Shown: positions 28,411 to 37,673 of the stretch, piece after piece | How positions within the stretch are numbered: position 1 is the stretch's first letter | Layout of the letters: each line of letters starts with the position of its first letter | From: an uncultured Phycisphaerales bacterium | GTDB taxonomy: Bacteria > Planctomycetota > Phycisphaerae > Tepidisphaerales > Tepidisphaeraceae | DNA: 64,000 nt | Assembly: GCA_963755915.1 (NCBI GenBank) | Contig: CAVWLP010000002.1 | Coordinates: 4,672,001 to 4,736,000, forward strand | Reading direction: 5' to 3' | Notes under the pieces: generated by a model | Told to the model about the DNA's origin: nothing | Seen by the model: the letters and a program-made list of their open reading frames with translations, nothing else | The model's database searches: none | Position numbers and translations under genes: made by a program

Positions 28411-29397
28411 ATGACTTCCACGAACGAACCAAATGCATTCGACGAAGCCGTGACCCTCCACCGCCAGGGAAAACTCACGGAAGCCATCGCCGCCTATCAG
28501 CGATCCCTCACCTCCCGCCCCGAGCTCTGGACCGCCGCTGCCAATATGGGCAAAGCCCTCGCCGACCTTAATCGCTTTGCCGAAGCCATCGCCGCCTACC
28601 AGCATGCGCTCCGTTACTCCCCCACCGAACCCCGTCTGCACATCGGCCTGACACTCGCTCTCATCGGCCAGGGAAATTGCGTCGCACCCGATCCCCCCAA
28701 CGACCAATCCAAAACAATCCCCCACCTCCCCTCAGTAACCCTCTGCTGCCTCGACACCAACCATCCCGAAGGCGGCGTCTTTTCCATGCGCCAGTCCATG
28801 GCCCAGGCAAACTTCGCCAAAGCCATCCTCTTCACCTCCCGCCCAATCGAAGCCACGGGAATAGACGTCCGCGTGATCCCCGCATTTACCTCTGTCGAGG
28901 ACTACAGCCGCTTCATGTTTTCCAGCACTCTCATCGAATCCATCCAAACGTCACATCTTCTGCTCACCCACTGGGACGGCTGGGTCTTGGACGGCGCCCG
29001 ATGGCGGCAGGATTTTCTAACCTGCGATTACATCGGCCCACCCTGGCCCTGGTACGCCTCCAAAAGCGTAGGCAACGGCGGATTCTGCCTCCGCACCCGC
29101 CGCCTCCTCGAAACCGTCGCCCAAATCAATCCCCCCCGAATCCATCCGGAGGACGAAGTCATTTCCCGCGACCTTCGCGAACCCCTCGAATCGCGCGGCC
29201 TGCGTTTCGCCGACGAACAAACCGCCTGGACCTTCGCCCAGGAATGGCGCGGCGAAAACCGCCCCGCCCCCTTCGGATTTCACGGCCTCTTCAACCTCCG
29301 CCGATTTCTATCGCGCGATAAAATCGAAGCCGTGCTCAATGAATTGCCAACGTCCCTCACAAACGAAAAACAAGGCGCCTGGCTGCGCGGAGGATGA
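28411..29397 (+). CDS. TPR plus DUF5672 (glycosyltransferase-like) protein
   Basis: N-terminal TPRs; WDGWV, DYIGPPW, VGNGGFCLR, ED, PFGFHG. Confidence 0.8.
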   Translation: MTSTNEPNAFDEAVTLHRQGKLTEAIAAYQRSLTSRPELWTAAANMGKALADLNRFAEAIAAYQHALRYSPTEPRLHIGLTLALIGQGNCVAPDPPNDQSKTIPHLPSVTLCCLDTNHPEGGVFSMRQSMAQANFAKAILFTSRPIEATGIDVRVIPAFTSVEDYSRFMFSSTLIESIQTSHLLLTHWDGWVLDGARWRQDFLTCDYIGPPWPWYASKSVGNGGFCLRTRRLLETVAQINPPRIHPEDEVISRDLREPLESRGLRFADEQTAWTFAQEWRGENRPAPFGFHGLFNLRRFLSRDKIEAVLNELPTSLTNEKQGAWLRGG

Positions 29398-29406
29398 CCG
29401 CTCCAA

Positions 29407-31005
29407 ATGAAAACACCCAATTCCACCACACAAGAACCCCATTTACACGCCACCCCCAACGTGCAGCGCCGGCTCGCGCAGGGAAGCACGTTCGCGCTCG
29501 CCATTCTCTGCATCGCCTCGATTCTGCTTGCCGGATTTGCATCTTCAGTCCGCGCTCAAACGTCACAACCCTTTCTCACGTCCGTCTCCGTCGATTGGAC
29601 CGATGTCCAGCGCATCTCCCGAACGACGCCAACCCTGCAGGTTGTTGTAAACCCCCCGCTCCGCCGCGGAGAAAAGATCCATGACGGCGCGTTCGCCGCC
29701 CTACGCGCTCTCAACGCCGACTACGTCCGCTATGTCCCCTGGCTCCCTTATCCCAGGCTCGCCGTCGCCGAATTGGAGCCCCCCCGCTCCGGCAAAACCT
29801 CCTGGGACTTCTCCGTCATCGACCCAATGACCATCGATTTCTTCAATGCCACCCAGGGCCACCCCATCATCCTCAACTTCAGCACCATACCCCAGTGGAT
29901 GTTCCAGACCGACAAGCCCGTCACTTATCCTGCCGATCCCTACCAGGTCTATTGGCATTACACCCAGGGAACGCGTCTCCGCGATCCCTCACTGAAGGAG
30001 CTTGCCGATTATTACGCTCGCCTCGTCAGTTGGTACACCAACGGCGGATTTACCGACGAAACCGGCATCCGCCACGACTCCGGCTATCACTTTTTCATCC
30101 CCTATTGGGAAATCTTCAACGAAATCGAATTCGAACATCAAACCTCCGCCGCCCAATACACCCGGCGCTACGACGCCGTCGCCAGCGCCATCCACGCGGT
30201 CTCACCCCGCACCCAATTCGTAGGCCTCGCCCTCGCCGATCCGAGGGGACATCTCCCCTATTTCGAATATTTTCTGAACCCCAAAAATCATGCCCCCGGC
30301 ATCCCGGTCGATCTGATTTCCTACCACTTCTACGCCACCCCCACCCCCACCGAAACGCCAGACCAATGGCAAACGACATTCTTCAATCAAGCCAACGATT
30401 TCCTCGCCGGCGTGCGCAAGATCGAAGCCATTCGCCTCCGCCTCAGCCCCTCGACCAAAACCACCCTCGACGAGCTTGGCGTCATTCTCCCTAAGGACAA
30501 TAACCTCGACCCCGATAACCGCATTCCCCCCATCTACTGGAACGCCGCCGCCTCCCTCTACGCATATCTCTACGTCGAGCTCGCGAAACTCGGCATCGAC
30601 ATCGTCGGCGAATCCCAACTCGTCGGCTATCCCACCCAATACCCCAGCGTAAGCATGATCGACTGGAAAACCGCAAAACCCAACGCCCGCTTCTGGGTTC
30701 TCAAGCTTCTCAAGGACAATTTCGCCCCCGGCGATCAGATGATCTCCACCACCTGGACATCTCGCGATCCCCAAAATCCCGACCTCGAAATTCAAGCATG
30801 GAAATCCCCAACCGGCCGCAAACTGCTGCTCATCAATAAACGCAACGCTCCCGTAACCGCGCTCCTCCCCAACGAAGCCACAAATGGACGCATCGACGAG
30901 GTCAATCTCTCCACGGCCGAAAATCCGCCGGCTTCAGGCACTCTGACTGAATCAAAAATCACACTCGCGCCGTTTGAGGTTGCGGTTGTTCATTTGGCGC
31001 AATAG
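29407..31005 (+). CDS. Secreted glycoside hydrolase, GH39-like (clan GH-A)
   Basis: Signal/TM segment; YWEIFNE acid/base motif; ISYHFY; LDELG nucleophile motif. Confidence 0.8.
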   Translation: MKTPNSTTQEPHLHATPNVQRRLAQGSTFALAILCIASILLAGFASSVRAQTSQPFLTSVSVDWTDVQRISRTTPTLQVVVNPPLRRGEKIHDGAFAALRALNADYVRYVPWLPYPRLAVAELEPPRSGKTSWDFSVIDPMTIDFFNATQGHPIILNFSTIPQWMFQTDKPVTYPADPYQVYWHYTQGTRLRDPSLKELADYYARLVSWYTNGGFTDETGIRHDSGYHFFIPYWEIFNEIEFEHQTSAAQYTRRYDAVASAIHAVSPRTQFVGLALADPRGHLPYFEYFLNPKNHAPGIPVDLISYHFYATPTPTETPDQWQTTFFNQANDFLAGVRKIEAIRLRLSPSTKTTLDELGVILPKDNNLDPDNRIPPIYWNAAASLYAYLYVELAKLGIDIVGESQLVGYPTQYPSVSMIDWKTAKPNARFWVLKLLKDNFAPGDQMISTTWTSRDPQNPDLEIQAWKSPTGRKLLLINKRNAPVTALLPNEATNGRIDEVNLSTAENPPASGTLTESKITLAPFEVAVVHLAQ

Positions 31006-31053
31006 CGATTGAAAACCGCTCGCCTCCCGGTTTTTCCCGTCCTGTTTTCCCGG

Positions 31054-31968
31054 TCACGTCGGCAACGCCGGAAACAGTTTCGACGCCCTCTCCACCGCGA
31101 ATTCCTTGAACAGTCTCACCACGCGCGAGACATGCCGGTTCCCAACGTGCAGCAAAACCAGGTCATACGTCCGGAAATGCCACCGGGGCATCACTTCCAC
31201 CAGCCGTCCATACCGCAAAAGCCCCGGCTGCACGATGGGTGGCAGATCCCCAATCCCCACCCCGGCCAGCAGCGCCGCCGCCAGCCCCGCGAAATCGTTG
31301 ATCGCCAGATACGGCTGAAACGTGATCGATTCGCTCTTCTTCCCGCTGCCGTGAACGAACGTCCACCGGCTTTCAGGCCGCCACCGCGAAAAGGCCAGCA
31401 GTCGATGCGCTAGCAGATCACGCGGCGATTGCGGGGCCTTCCGCATTTTCTTCAAATATTCCGGACTCGCGAGCAGAACATGCCGGTACGTCAGAATCGT
31501 GCGTGCCACCAGCGACGAATCCTTCAGCGCCCCCAAGCGAAACACCAGGTCCACGCCCTCGGCGATGTGATCGACCATGCGCTCGGTGATCAAAACCTGC
31601 ACCCGCACATGCGGATAAGACGCCTGAAACGCGACCGCCAGCGGAACGACGAGGGAATCGGAAATGCTCGGCGGTGCCGAAAGACGCAGCACGCCCGCGA
31701 CATTGGCGAGGCGATACGAGACGATCTGATCGACGGCGTCGGCGATCTCGGCGCCCCGGTTGGCGTGCTCGATGATCTCCGATCCGATGTCCGTCAGCCG
31801 CAACCGGCGCGTCGAGCGCTCCAGAAGCCGAACACCCAGCCGGTCCTCCAACTCGGCGACGCGCCGGCTGACCGTGGAAGTCGGCATCTTCAACCGCCGC
31901 GCCGCTTCGGTGAAGCCGTGCGCCTCCACCACCTTGGCGAAAATCATCAGCGAGTTGAGATCGGTCAT
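31054..31968 (-). CDS. LysR-family transcriptional regulator
   Basis: FTEAARRL....STVSRRVAELEDRLGVRLLERSTR. Confidence 0.95.
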   Translation of the reverse strand: MTDLNSLMIFAKVVEAHGFTEAARRLKMPTSTVSRRVAELEDRLGVRLLERSTRRLRLTDIGSEIIEHANRGAEIADAVDQIVSYRLANVAGVLRLSAPPSISDSLVVPLAVAFQASYPHVRVQVLITERMVDHIAEGVDLVFRLGALKDSSLVARTILTYRHVLLASPEYLKKMRKAPQSPRDLLAHRLLAFSRWRPESRWTFVHGSGKKSESITFQPYLAINDFAGLAAALLAGVGIGDLPPIVQPGLLRYGRLVEVMPRWHFRTYDLVLLHVGNRHVSRVVRLFKEFAVERASKLFPALPT

Positions 31969-31995
31969 GTTCGCTTTGCTTATAGCCGCGCCATT

Positions 31996-32012
31996 TTTCC
32001 AGTTTTGGGAAA
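31996..32012. promoter_or_regulatory. LysR-type T-N11-A dyad site in the divergent promoter
   Basis: tttcc-agttttg-ggaaa between lysR and the divergent SnoaL gene. Confidence 0.5.
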
Positions 32013-32099
32013 GTGTATCCCGCTTTTTGCCACTTGTCGCAGGGATAGGGCCTTCCTATTCTTGCGGCGCGCTGACTTGGCGCGGAAAAGGGAAATACA

Positions 32100-32501
32100 A
32101 TGACTCCCGATGAAACCACAATCGCAGAAGTGCTGGCGACATATCAAAACGCGTTGAATCATTCCGACACCGAGCAGGTGATGCAGCTCTACGCACCCGA
32201 CGGTGTCTTCATGCCCCAGCATTTCCCCTCGAGCGTCGGACTGGCGGCCGTGCGCAAAGCGTATGAGGCCGTCTTCAATACAATCACCCTCCAGGTGAAA
32301 TTTGAAATCGCCGAAATAAAGCAGCTCGCGTCCGATTGGGCCTTTGCACGAACCAATTCAGCAGGTAACGTGCGCATTCATGCAACCGGCCACAGCGGGT
32401 TCGAGGCAAACCAGGAACTTTTCCTCTTCCAAAAAATCGCCGGCAACTGGAAGATAGCGCGCTATTGTTTCAGTACGACCAATCCGCCTCCGCGGACCTG
32501 A
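32100..32501 (+). CDS. SnoaL/NTF2-like (SgcJ/EcaC-type) protein
   Basis: LYAPDGVFMP, WAFARTNS, NQELFLFQK..G.WKIARY. Confidence 0.85.
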   Translation: MTPDETTIAEVLATYQNALNHSDTEQVMQLYAPDGVFMPQHFPSSVGLAAVRKAYEAVFNTITLQVKFEIAEIKQLASDWAFARTNSAGNVRIHATGHSGFEANQELFLFQKIAGNWKIARYCFSTTNPPPRT

Positions 32502-32559
32502 GGCATAAATTCGCGCGGCACGCCAAATTGTCCGCCCCCACCGCAAACGGAGATTCAAC

Positions 32560-33468
32560 ATGAAAGCCATCGTCATTCACCAATACGGCCCTCCCGATGT
32601 TTTGAAATATGAGGATTATCCCGACCCAATCGTCGGAGCGGGAGAGATCCTCCTCCGCGTCGCGGCCGCGGCCCTCAATCCAATCGACCTGAAAAAACGA
32701 TCCGGAGCCGTGAAGGAAATCTTCCCCATCAAATTCCCCGGCGTCCTCGGTTACGACGTTTCCGGAACCATCACCAAGCTCGGCTCCGGCGTCCAGGGCC
32801 TGGCCATTGGAGACAAGGTCCTGGCATTCGCCGACCACACCTATGCCGAACTCTGCGCCGTCCCCGCCATGAGCGCCGCCAAGGTCCCCCAGGGGCTCGA
32901 TCTTCTTGAAGCGGCCGCACTACCCGTCGTCGCAACCACTGGATACCAGCTCGTCACAAAGGGCACCGCAATCAAGCCCGGACAACGAATTCTCGTCGTC
33001 GGCGCCGTCGGCGGCGTGGGACGCGTCGCCGTCTATATGGCCAAACATCTCGGCGCTGTAGTCATCGCAGGCGTTCTCAAGAGACAGCTCGAAGCCGCCA
33101 AGAGCCTCGGAGTGAGCGAGGTAGTCGCGCTCGATGACGAGGCCGCGATTCAGAAGCTCGCGACGCTCGACGCCGTCGCCGACACCGTCGGCGGAAACCC
33201 CTCGGCAACTCTCATGGCCAAGCTCGCCAAAGGCGGCGTCTTCGCGTCGGTAGTCGGGCCGCCCGCGAATGCCAAGGAGTTTCCATCCGTTCGCGTCGCC
33301 CCAATCTATTCCCACCCCGATGCGACAATTCTGGCGGAGATGGCCCAGGCCGCCGCCGACAAAAAGCTCGTGCTGCCGATCGGCAAAAAATTCCCCCTGA
33401 AAAACGCCGCCGAAGCCCACGCCGCCATCGAAAACGGAGGCGCAGGCAAGGTCCTGCTTGTGGTCTGA
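32560..33468 (+). CDS. NADP-dependent quinone-oxidoreductase-like MDR enzyme
   Basis: MKAIVIHQYGPPDVL, NPID, LG.DVSG, GAVGGVG. Confidence 0.9.
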   Translation: MKAIVIHQYGPPDVLKYEDYPDPIVGAGEILLRVAAAALNPIDLKKRSGAVKEIFPIKFPGVLGYDVSGTITKLGSGVQGLAIGDKVLAFADHTYAELCAVPAMSAAKVPQGLDLLEAAALPVVATTGYQLVTKGTAIKPGQRILVVGAVGGVGRVAVYMAKHLGAVVIAGVLKRQLEAAKSLGVSEVVALDDEAAIQKLATLDAVADTVGGNPSATLMAKLAKGGVFASVVGPPANAKEFPSVRVAPIYSHPDATILAEMAQAAADKKLVLPIGKKFPLKNAAEAHAAIENGGAGKVLLVV

Positions 33469-33475
33469 CACATTC

Positions 33476-33814
33476 TCACGCCGTCCAGCGGTGAAAAACG
33501 CAGAATACTCCCGCCAGCACAAGTGCGAATCCCACCAGATAATTCCACTGCAGCTTCTCTTTCAGATAGATCGTCGCGAACGCAACGAACACCGTCAGCG
33601 TGATCGCCTCCTGCACGATTTTCAGTTGATACCCCGACCACCCTTCCTCGTGGCCGATCCGGTTGGCCGGAACCTGAAAACAATATTCAAAAAACGCGAT
33701 GAGCCAGCTCGCCAGGATCACTTTCCACAGCGCGGTCTTCTCAAATTTGAGGTGCCCATACCAGGCGGTCGTCATGAACGCGTTCGAGATAAACAGCAGA
33801 ATAATCGTCCACAT
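33476..33814 (-). CDS. DMT-superfamily small membrane protein (DUF486/DMT_6)
   Basis: SNAFMTTAWYGHLK, SWLIAFFEYCFQVPANRIG, LKIVQE.ITL. Confidence 0.9.
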   Translation of the reverse strand: MWTIILLFISNAFMTTAWYGHLKFEKTALWKVILASWLIAFFEYCFQVPANRIGHEEGWSGYQLKIVQEAITLTVFVAFATIYLKEKLQWNYLVGFALVLAGVFCVFHRWTA

Positions 33815-33829
33815 GCAAAAGCATCTCCA

Positions 33830-34519
33830 TCACCATTGCGCTTCTTCGAACGGATTCTCCGCCGGCCGGATCTTCGGCTTCGGAAGCATCGAGATCATCG
33901 CCTTGGCCATCCCCGCGTCCCCCGCTCCCGATACCCGGATATTCAGCGGCGACCCGCGCAGCAGCCAGATCTCCGACGCCGCGGGCTCGCGCCGGTTCTT
34001 CACCATCTCCAAAAATTTATCCTTGCGAAACGCCCAAGGCGTCACCAGGTTCTGAAACCTCTGCCCCATCCGAAAAGCCACCGGCTTCCCCGATTCTTCG
34101 GTCTCAATAATCGCCCCCCGAATCGATGAAGTCATCATCACGATCGGATGCTTCGACGCTTCCTCGGCAATCGCATCGAGATCCCCATAAGCCACCGCCG
34201 GCCGCGCCGCGTCGTGAATGATCACATGGGTCGATTCCTCGGAAATCTTCTGGCTCGCCGCCACAAGCTGATCCATCCACCCCCTCCCGCCGCTGACCAG
34301 TTTCGCGCCGGAGAAGCTCAGATGCCCGCCGAATTTCCGCTTGGCTTCCTCAGCCTGATCGTCGGAGACGACGAGCTGAATCTGCTTGACCCCGTCGCGA
34401 TTAAGAAACATCTCCACCCCGCGCAGAAGGCACTCGCGGCCATCGATTTTAACCAGCGCGCCCGCCCCCTCGGCGCCGTTTGGAACGGCTGTCAGCACCA
34501 CGACCGAAAAGTTCGCCAT
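33830..34519 (-). CDS. IspD-like nucleotidyltransferase-fold protein with degenerate N-terminal motif
   Basis: IIHDAARP is retained; the AGxGxR/K phosphate-binding loop is replaced by TAVPNGAEGAG. Confidence 0.7.
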   Translation of the reverse strand: MANFSVVVLTAVPNGAEGAGALVKIDGRECLLRGVEMFLNRDGVKQIQLVVSDDQAEEAKRKFGGHLSFSGAKLVSGGRGWMDQLVAASQKISEESTHVIIHDAARPAVAYGDLDAIAEEASKHPIVMMTSSIRGAIIETEESGKPVAFRMGQRFQNLVTPWAFRKDKFLEMVKNRREPAASEIWLLRGSPLNIRVSGAGDAGMAKAMISMLPKPKIRPAENPFEEAQW

Positions 34520-34586
34520 ACGCCTCCCGGCAAACAATCCATCATTCTCAAGAATCCCCCGCCGGTCAAGCGGGGACGGCGTGCGA

Positions 34587-34614
34587 TTGACAGGGGTTGG
34601 CGGCCCCTTAAAAT
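34587..34614 (+). promoter_or_regulatory. Sigma-70 promoter of tRNA-Ile
   Basis: TTGACA-N16-TAAAAT, 20 nt upstream of the tRNA. Confidence 0.8.
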
Positions 34615-34634
34615 CCTTCTTCCCTGCGATGCAC

Positions 34635-34708
34635 GGGCTCGTAGCTCAGTTGGTTAGAGCGCGTCCCTGATAAGGACGAGGTCACAAGTTCGAATCTTGT
34701 CGGGCCCA
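34635..34708 (+). tRNA. tRNA-Ile(GAT)
   Basis: GGGCTCG-TA-GCTC-AGTTGGTTA-GAGC-G-CGTCC-CTGATAA-GGACG-AGGTC-ACAAG-TTCGAAT-CTTGT-CGGGCCC-A. Confidence 0.97.
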
Positions 34709-34791
34709 TTGAAGTTTATCTCGCCGAAGGTTTTTGAATGAACCTATCCGCCGCGGGCGCGGGGTCCGGGGTTTGTTTTGTCGGATGCGGT

Positions 34792-34856
34792 TTTTTTTGC
34801 CTGGGGACATGCTTTACAAAACTTTACAGTCCGCAACAAGCTGGGTGGTTTGGGTA
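34792..34856 (-). repeat. Copy 2 of the 65-bp dispersed intergenic element
   Basis: The reverse complement aligns ungapped with 9723-9787. Confidence 0.8.
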
Positions 34857-35172
34857 AAATAGGCAACGCAAAGTCGGGGTTTCGGACATTAGTTGACCAC
34901 ATGGGTGGTTTAATAGCGTCCCTGATTCAGCTCGCCCGCTTGCGAATCATGCGCAACAGGTTTGCCAGAACCAGCGCATACCCCCGCGACCGTGCTTGCC
35001 AGCAAGCGGATGATCGTCCGGCAGTTTTTGTCCTGCGCCGGTGTCGATCCAGACGCCGGCACAATCCTCATTCCATTTTCCCTCACGGTCGACCGCGGCA
35101 TAGGCGGCGAGGACGGCGCGGTCGAGCGTCTCGTGCGCGAATCTCAGGCGGACCGGCGACTCGTCTTCGGTT

Positions 35173-35214
35173 TTTGGGCCTAAGAGGTCGCAAGTTCAAA
35201 TCTTGGCACTCCGA
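35173..35214 (+). pseudogene. Degenerate 3' half of tRNA-Pro(TGG) (att-site-like remnant)
   Basis: tttggg-cctaag-aggtc-gcaag-ttcaaat-cttgg-cactccg-a comprises anticodon loop, T arm and Pro-type CCGA end; no 5' half upstream. Confidence 0.7.
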
Positions 35215-35221
35215 CTGAAAT

Positions 35222-35257
35222 AAACGCCTGCAAAACCCCTGGTTTACGGGCGTTTTT
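35222..35257 (+). terminator. Intrinsic terminator-like hairpin after the tRNA-Pro fragment
   Basis: aaacgcctg...cgggcgttt stem followed by T run; also convergent with the FkbM gene. Confidence 0.55.
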
Positions 35258-35317
35258 CATTTCCGGTCATCAACAAAAAAATGGCCCCCCCGTATCGGTA
35301 TCCATCATGGAACCATT

Positions 35318-36160
35318 TCACTTTCCCACCAGCCCATGCATATACCGATGCGCAAGCCCCGTGTTCGTCTTCAAGTCATACACCCGCAAAACCTCCAACG
35401 CCAAATCCGCCGAGTGGTATTGTATGTCTAGAATCACAGCCAATTTCAGAAGCTTTTCCGCGGGAAGCGATTCCAGCTTCATGAAATCCTTCACATACAC
35501 CACATCCGCCCATAGAGCCTGACACTGCGGCCGATTCGGATCATTCGCCACCAGCAGCGGCTTAAACGCCCGCCCGGAAATCCCCGCGAACGTGTGAAAC
35601 ACGAATCCCCGCCCCCGCAGGTGTCGATCCACATCCGCGAACATCGGCTGCCCCTTGTACAACTCGACAAATTCCACTTCCGAATGCACCAGCACCGCGT
35701 CCGCCAAAACTTTTTCCGCGCCCTTCAAAACATCCAGCTCCGCCCCCTGCACATCCAGCTTCAAAAGATCCGTATCCGCCACTTCAGGAATATCATCGAT
35801 CCGATGTGTCTGAATCCGCACGCTTTTCACCACCCGCACCAGTTCCTCCAGACTCTGAAACTTCGCCAGCAGCGGGGTGTTCGGCTCATACAGCGAGGAC
35901 GTCATCGGATAATTACAAATATAAAACGTCCGCATCTCCCCATCCCCCACCGCGTAAGGCAGATACTTGCAGGACTCTCCCGCCGTCGCATTCAACTTAT
36001 CACACTCCGCCTCCACGGGCTCAAACCCCACAACCTTCACCATCCCTGCTTGCTCCAGCTTCGCATAAGGCGACGAATTCGGCCCCAGCGACATTGCCCC
36101 TACATCCACCACCCGAATCACCGGTCGCTCAGGAAGAATGCTCAAAATGTCGAAACTCAT
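35318..36160 (-). CDS. FkbM-family SAM methyltransferase
   Basis: VVDVGA, GFEP, LLKLDVQGAELDVLKG, SEVEF...Y.GQP.F; RBS ggaga before ATG at 36160. Confidence 0.9.
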   Translation of the reverse strand: MSFDILSILPERPVIRVVDVGAMSLGPNSSPYAKLEQAGMVKVVGFEPVEAECDKLNATAGESCKYLPYAVGDGEMRTFYICNYPMTSSLYEPNTPLLAKFQSLEELVRVVKSVRIQTHRIDDIPEVADTDLLKLDVQGAELDVLKGAEKVLADAVLVHSEVEFVELYKGQPMFADVDRHLRGRGFVFHTFAGISGRAFKPLLVANDPNRPQCQALWADVVYVKDFMKLESLPAEKLLKLAVILDIQYHSADLALEVLRVYDLKTNTGLAHRYMHGLVGK

Positions 36161-36822
36161 ATTTCTCCAATCCAAATCACACTGAACAAAAGGACCCCCC
36201 ATTCTAAGCAATTCGCACCCCGACACACGAGCCCATGCCCAGCCGGCCCGCTTCGACATGAAGCGCCGTGCCGCGACTGGAATCATGCCGTTATCTGTCG
36301 CTACGAGGTATGAGACGAACGTCGTCCGCAGGGTGCCTCGGGCCCTTCTTGACGCGCACACGCGATCGGCAGCCGTACGACCGATTTCACCCGATTCGCC
36401 TCCGATCGCCGGTCTTATCGCAGCCTTTCAGCAGTAGAATGACTCTGAACAAGCAATAGGCCTTTGGGCTGCTACACATCAATCAAACGCGTTTGATATC
36501 CATGTAGGCGATCGAACCGAGGTCCTGGCAGTAGCGGCATGGTGCACGGCTCGCTTTTTTTTGACCAGTAGCCTGTGAAAGGCTTTTTTAAGCGATAGTG
36601 CCGGTGTTTCTGTATCCGGGCGATAACCAAGCGTATCGTTCCCGTTCCGTTGTCCAGAAAATACAGTTCTTGCGGTTTGAGTCATCAGAAGGCAATGACC
36701 GCGATTCCACGCAGAAATGCGCGAAAAGTTCAATTGGTGTCTTGTCACTCCCGATTCAGTCAAAGAAGTGGCCTCGGCGAGAGCCGTTTCAGCGTCTGGC
36801 GGTCTGTGACCTGGGCGTCAGC

Positions 36823-37428
36823 TCAGACAGGCGGCTTGATTCGGTTTCGAAGCGATCCAATGTGTCGATACGTGTTGATGAGCACGCCCGTGGGCGTGGC
36901 CTTCGTGCTGACGAGAGCGAGCTCGCGCGGGTCACTGCTGTCTGAAAAGAAGAGTTTGCCCCGGCCCAGCAAGACCGGGTAGACGATCAGCACAACCTCG
37001 TCGACGAGTCCCTGCTCGAGCAGCACGGACGTCAGCGTCGAACTTCCCCAGACGATGAGGTCGGGGCCATCCGTTGACTTGACGCGGCGAACGCCCGCCA
37101 TGATGTCCGCGCCCAGGTGCCCGACCGGGCCCCATTCGAGGTTGTCGGGCCTGTGGGTCGCGACAAATTTCGTCGCGGCGTTCAGGCCTTTCGTAAACGG
37201 ACCACTCGTGATCTTCGGCCAGTGGTCGGCCCAGAGATCGTAGGTGCGGCGGCCAAGCAGCAGATCGAAGCTGCTGCCCTGTGCCTCGGCGAGGGCCTCT
37301 GCCCCGGCTGCCGTTCGAAACGGCGCCGACCATCCGCCATTCGCGTAGTCGTCGTCGCCTTCGTTGCGTTTGTCGGGCTCAATCACGCCGTCCAGCGAGA
37401 TGTGTTCGAAGATCCTGATCTTCCTCAT
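36823..37428 (-). CDS. Dihydrofolate-reductase-like (RibD C-terminal) protein
   Basis: ISLDGVI, LLLGRRTY, VWGSSTL, LVDE...YPVLLG.GK. Confidence 0.9.
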   Translation of the reverse strand: MRKIRIFEHISLDGVIEPDKRNEGDDDYANGGWSAPFRTAAGAEALAEAQGSSFDLLLGRRTYDLWADHWPKITSGPFTKGLNAATKFVATHRPDNLEWGPVGHLGADIMAGVRRVKSTDGPDLIVWGSSTLTSVLLEQGLVDEVVLIVYPVLLGRGKLFFSDSSDPRELALVSTKATPTGVLINTYRHIGSLRNRIKPPV

Positions 37429-37673
37429 GTCGCGTCTCCATTTCTCACCTGGTTATGGCGCTTGCCCTCGGCAGGCGCGGTGCACCGCATTTCAATATAG
37501 CTGCCTGGATGATCCATGCAGTCTGCGGCGATCTCTGCTCCGCCTGTTGCCTTGGGCGGGCCGTCTGTGCAGTGCCCGCGCCAGCCCAGGTTATGCGGGC
37601 AGCGGAATCGGTCAGGATCGAACGTCCTCTTTCGACGGTGACGCAACGTACCCGCTAAAACTGAACGCCGGTC

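Noticed and set aside
9723-34856. The 65-bp pair as terminal inverted repeats of a 25-kb transposon, or as a DGR template/variable repeat
   Set aside because: There is no transposase or reverse transcriptase, the enclosed DNA includes tRNAs and housekeeping-like genes, and the mismatches are not adenine-specific.
34830-34900. c-di-GMP-I riboswitch (acgcaaag motif)
   Set aside because: It lacks the upstream GGCAAAC/GNRA stem and a convincing P1; only a short motif matches.
36200-36820. Hidden gene or ncRNA in the long gaps (also 38960-39360)
   Set aside because: No recognisable protein motif or RNA family signature could be supported by eye; tBLASTn and Rfam scans are needed.
37450-37600. 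Degenerate integron attC site between the DinB and RibD-C genes (gcataac...gccataac on minus strand)
   Set aside because: No matching GTTRRRY end or clear long hairpin, and no integron integrase in the window.
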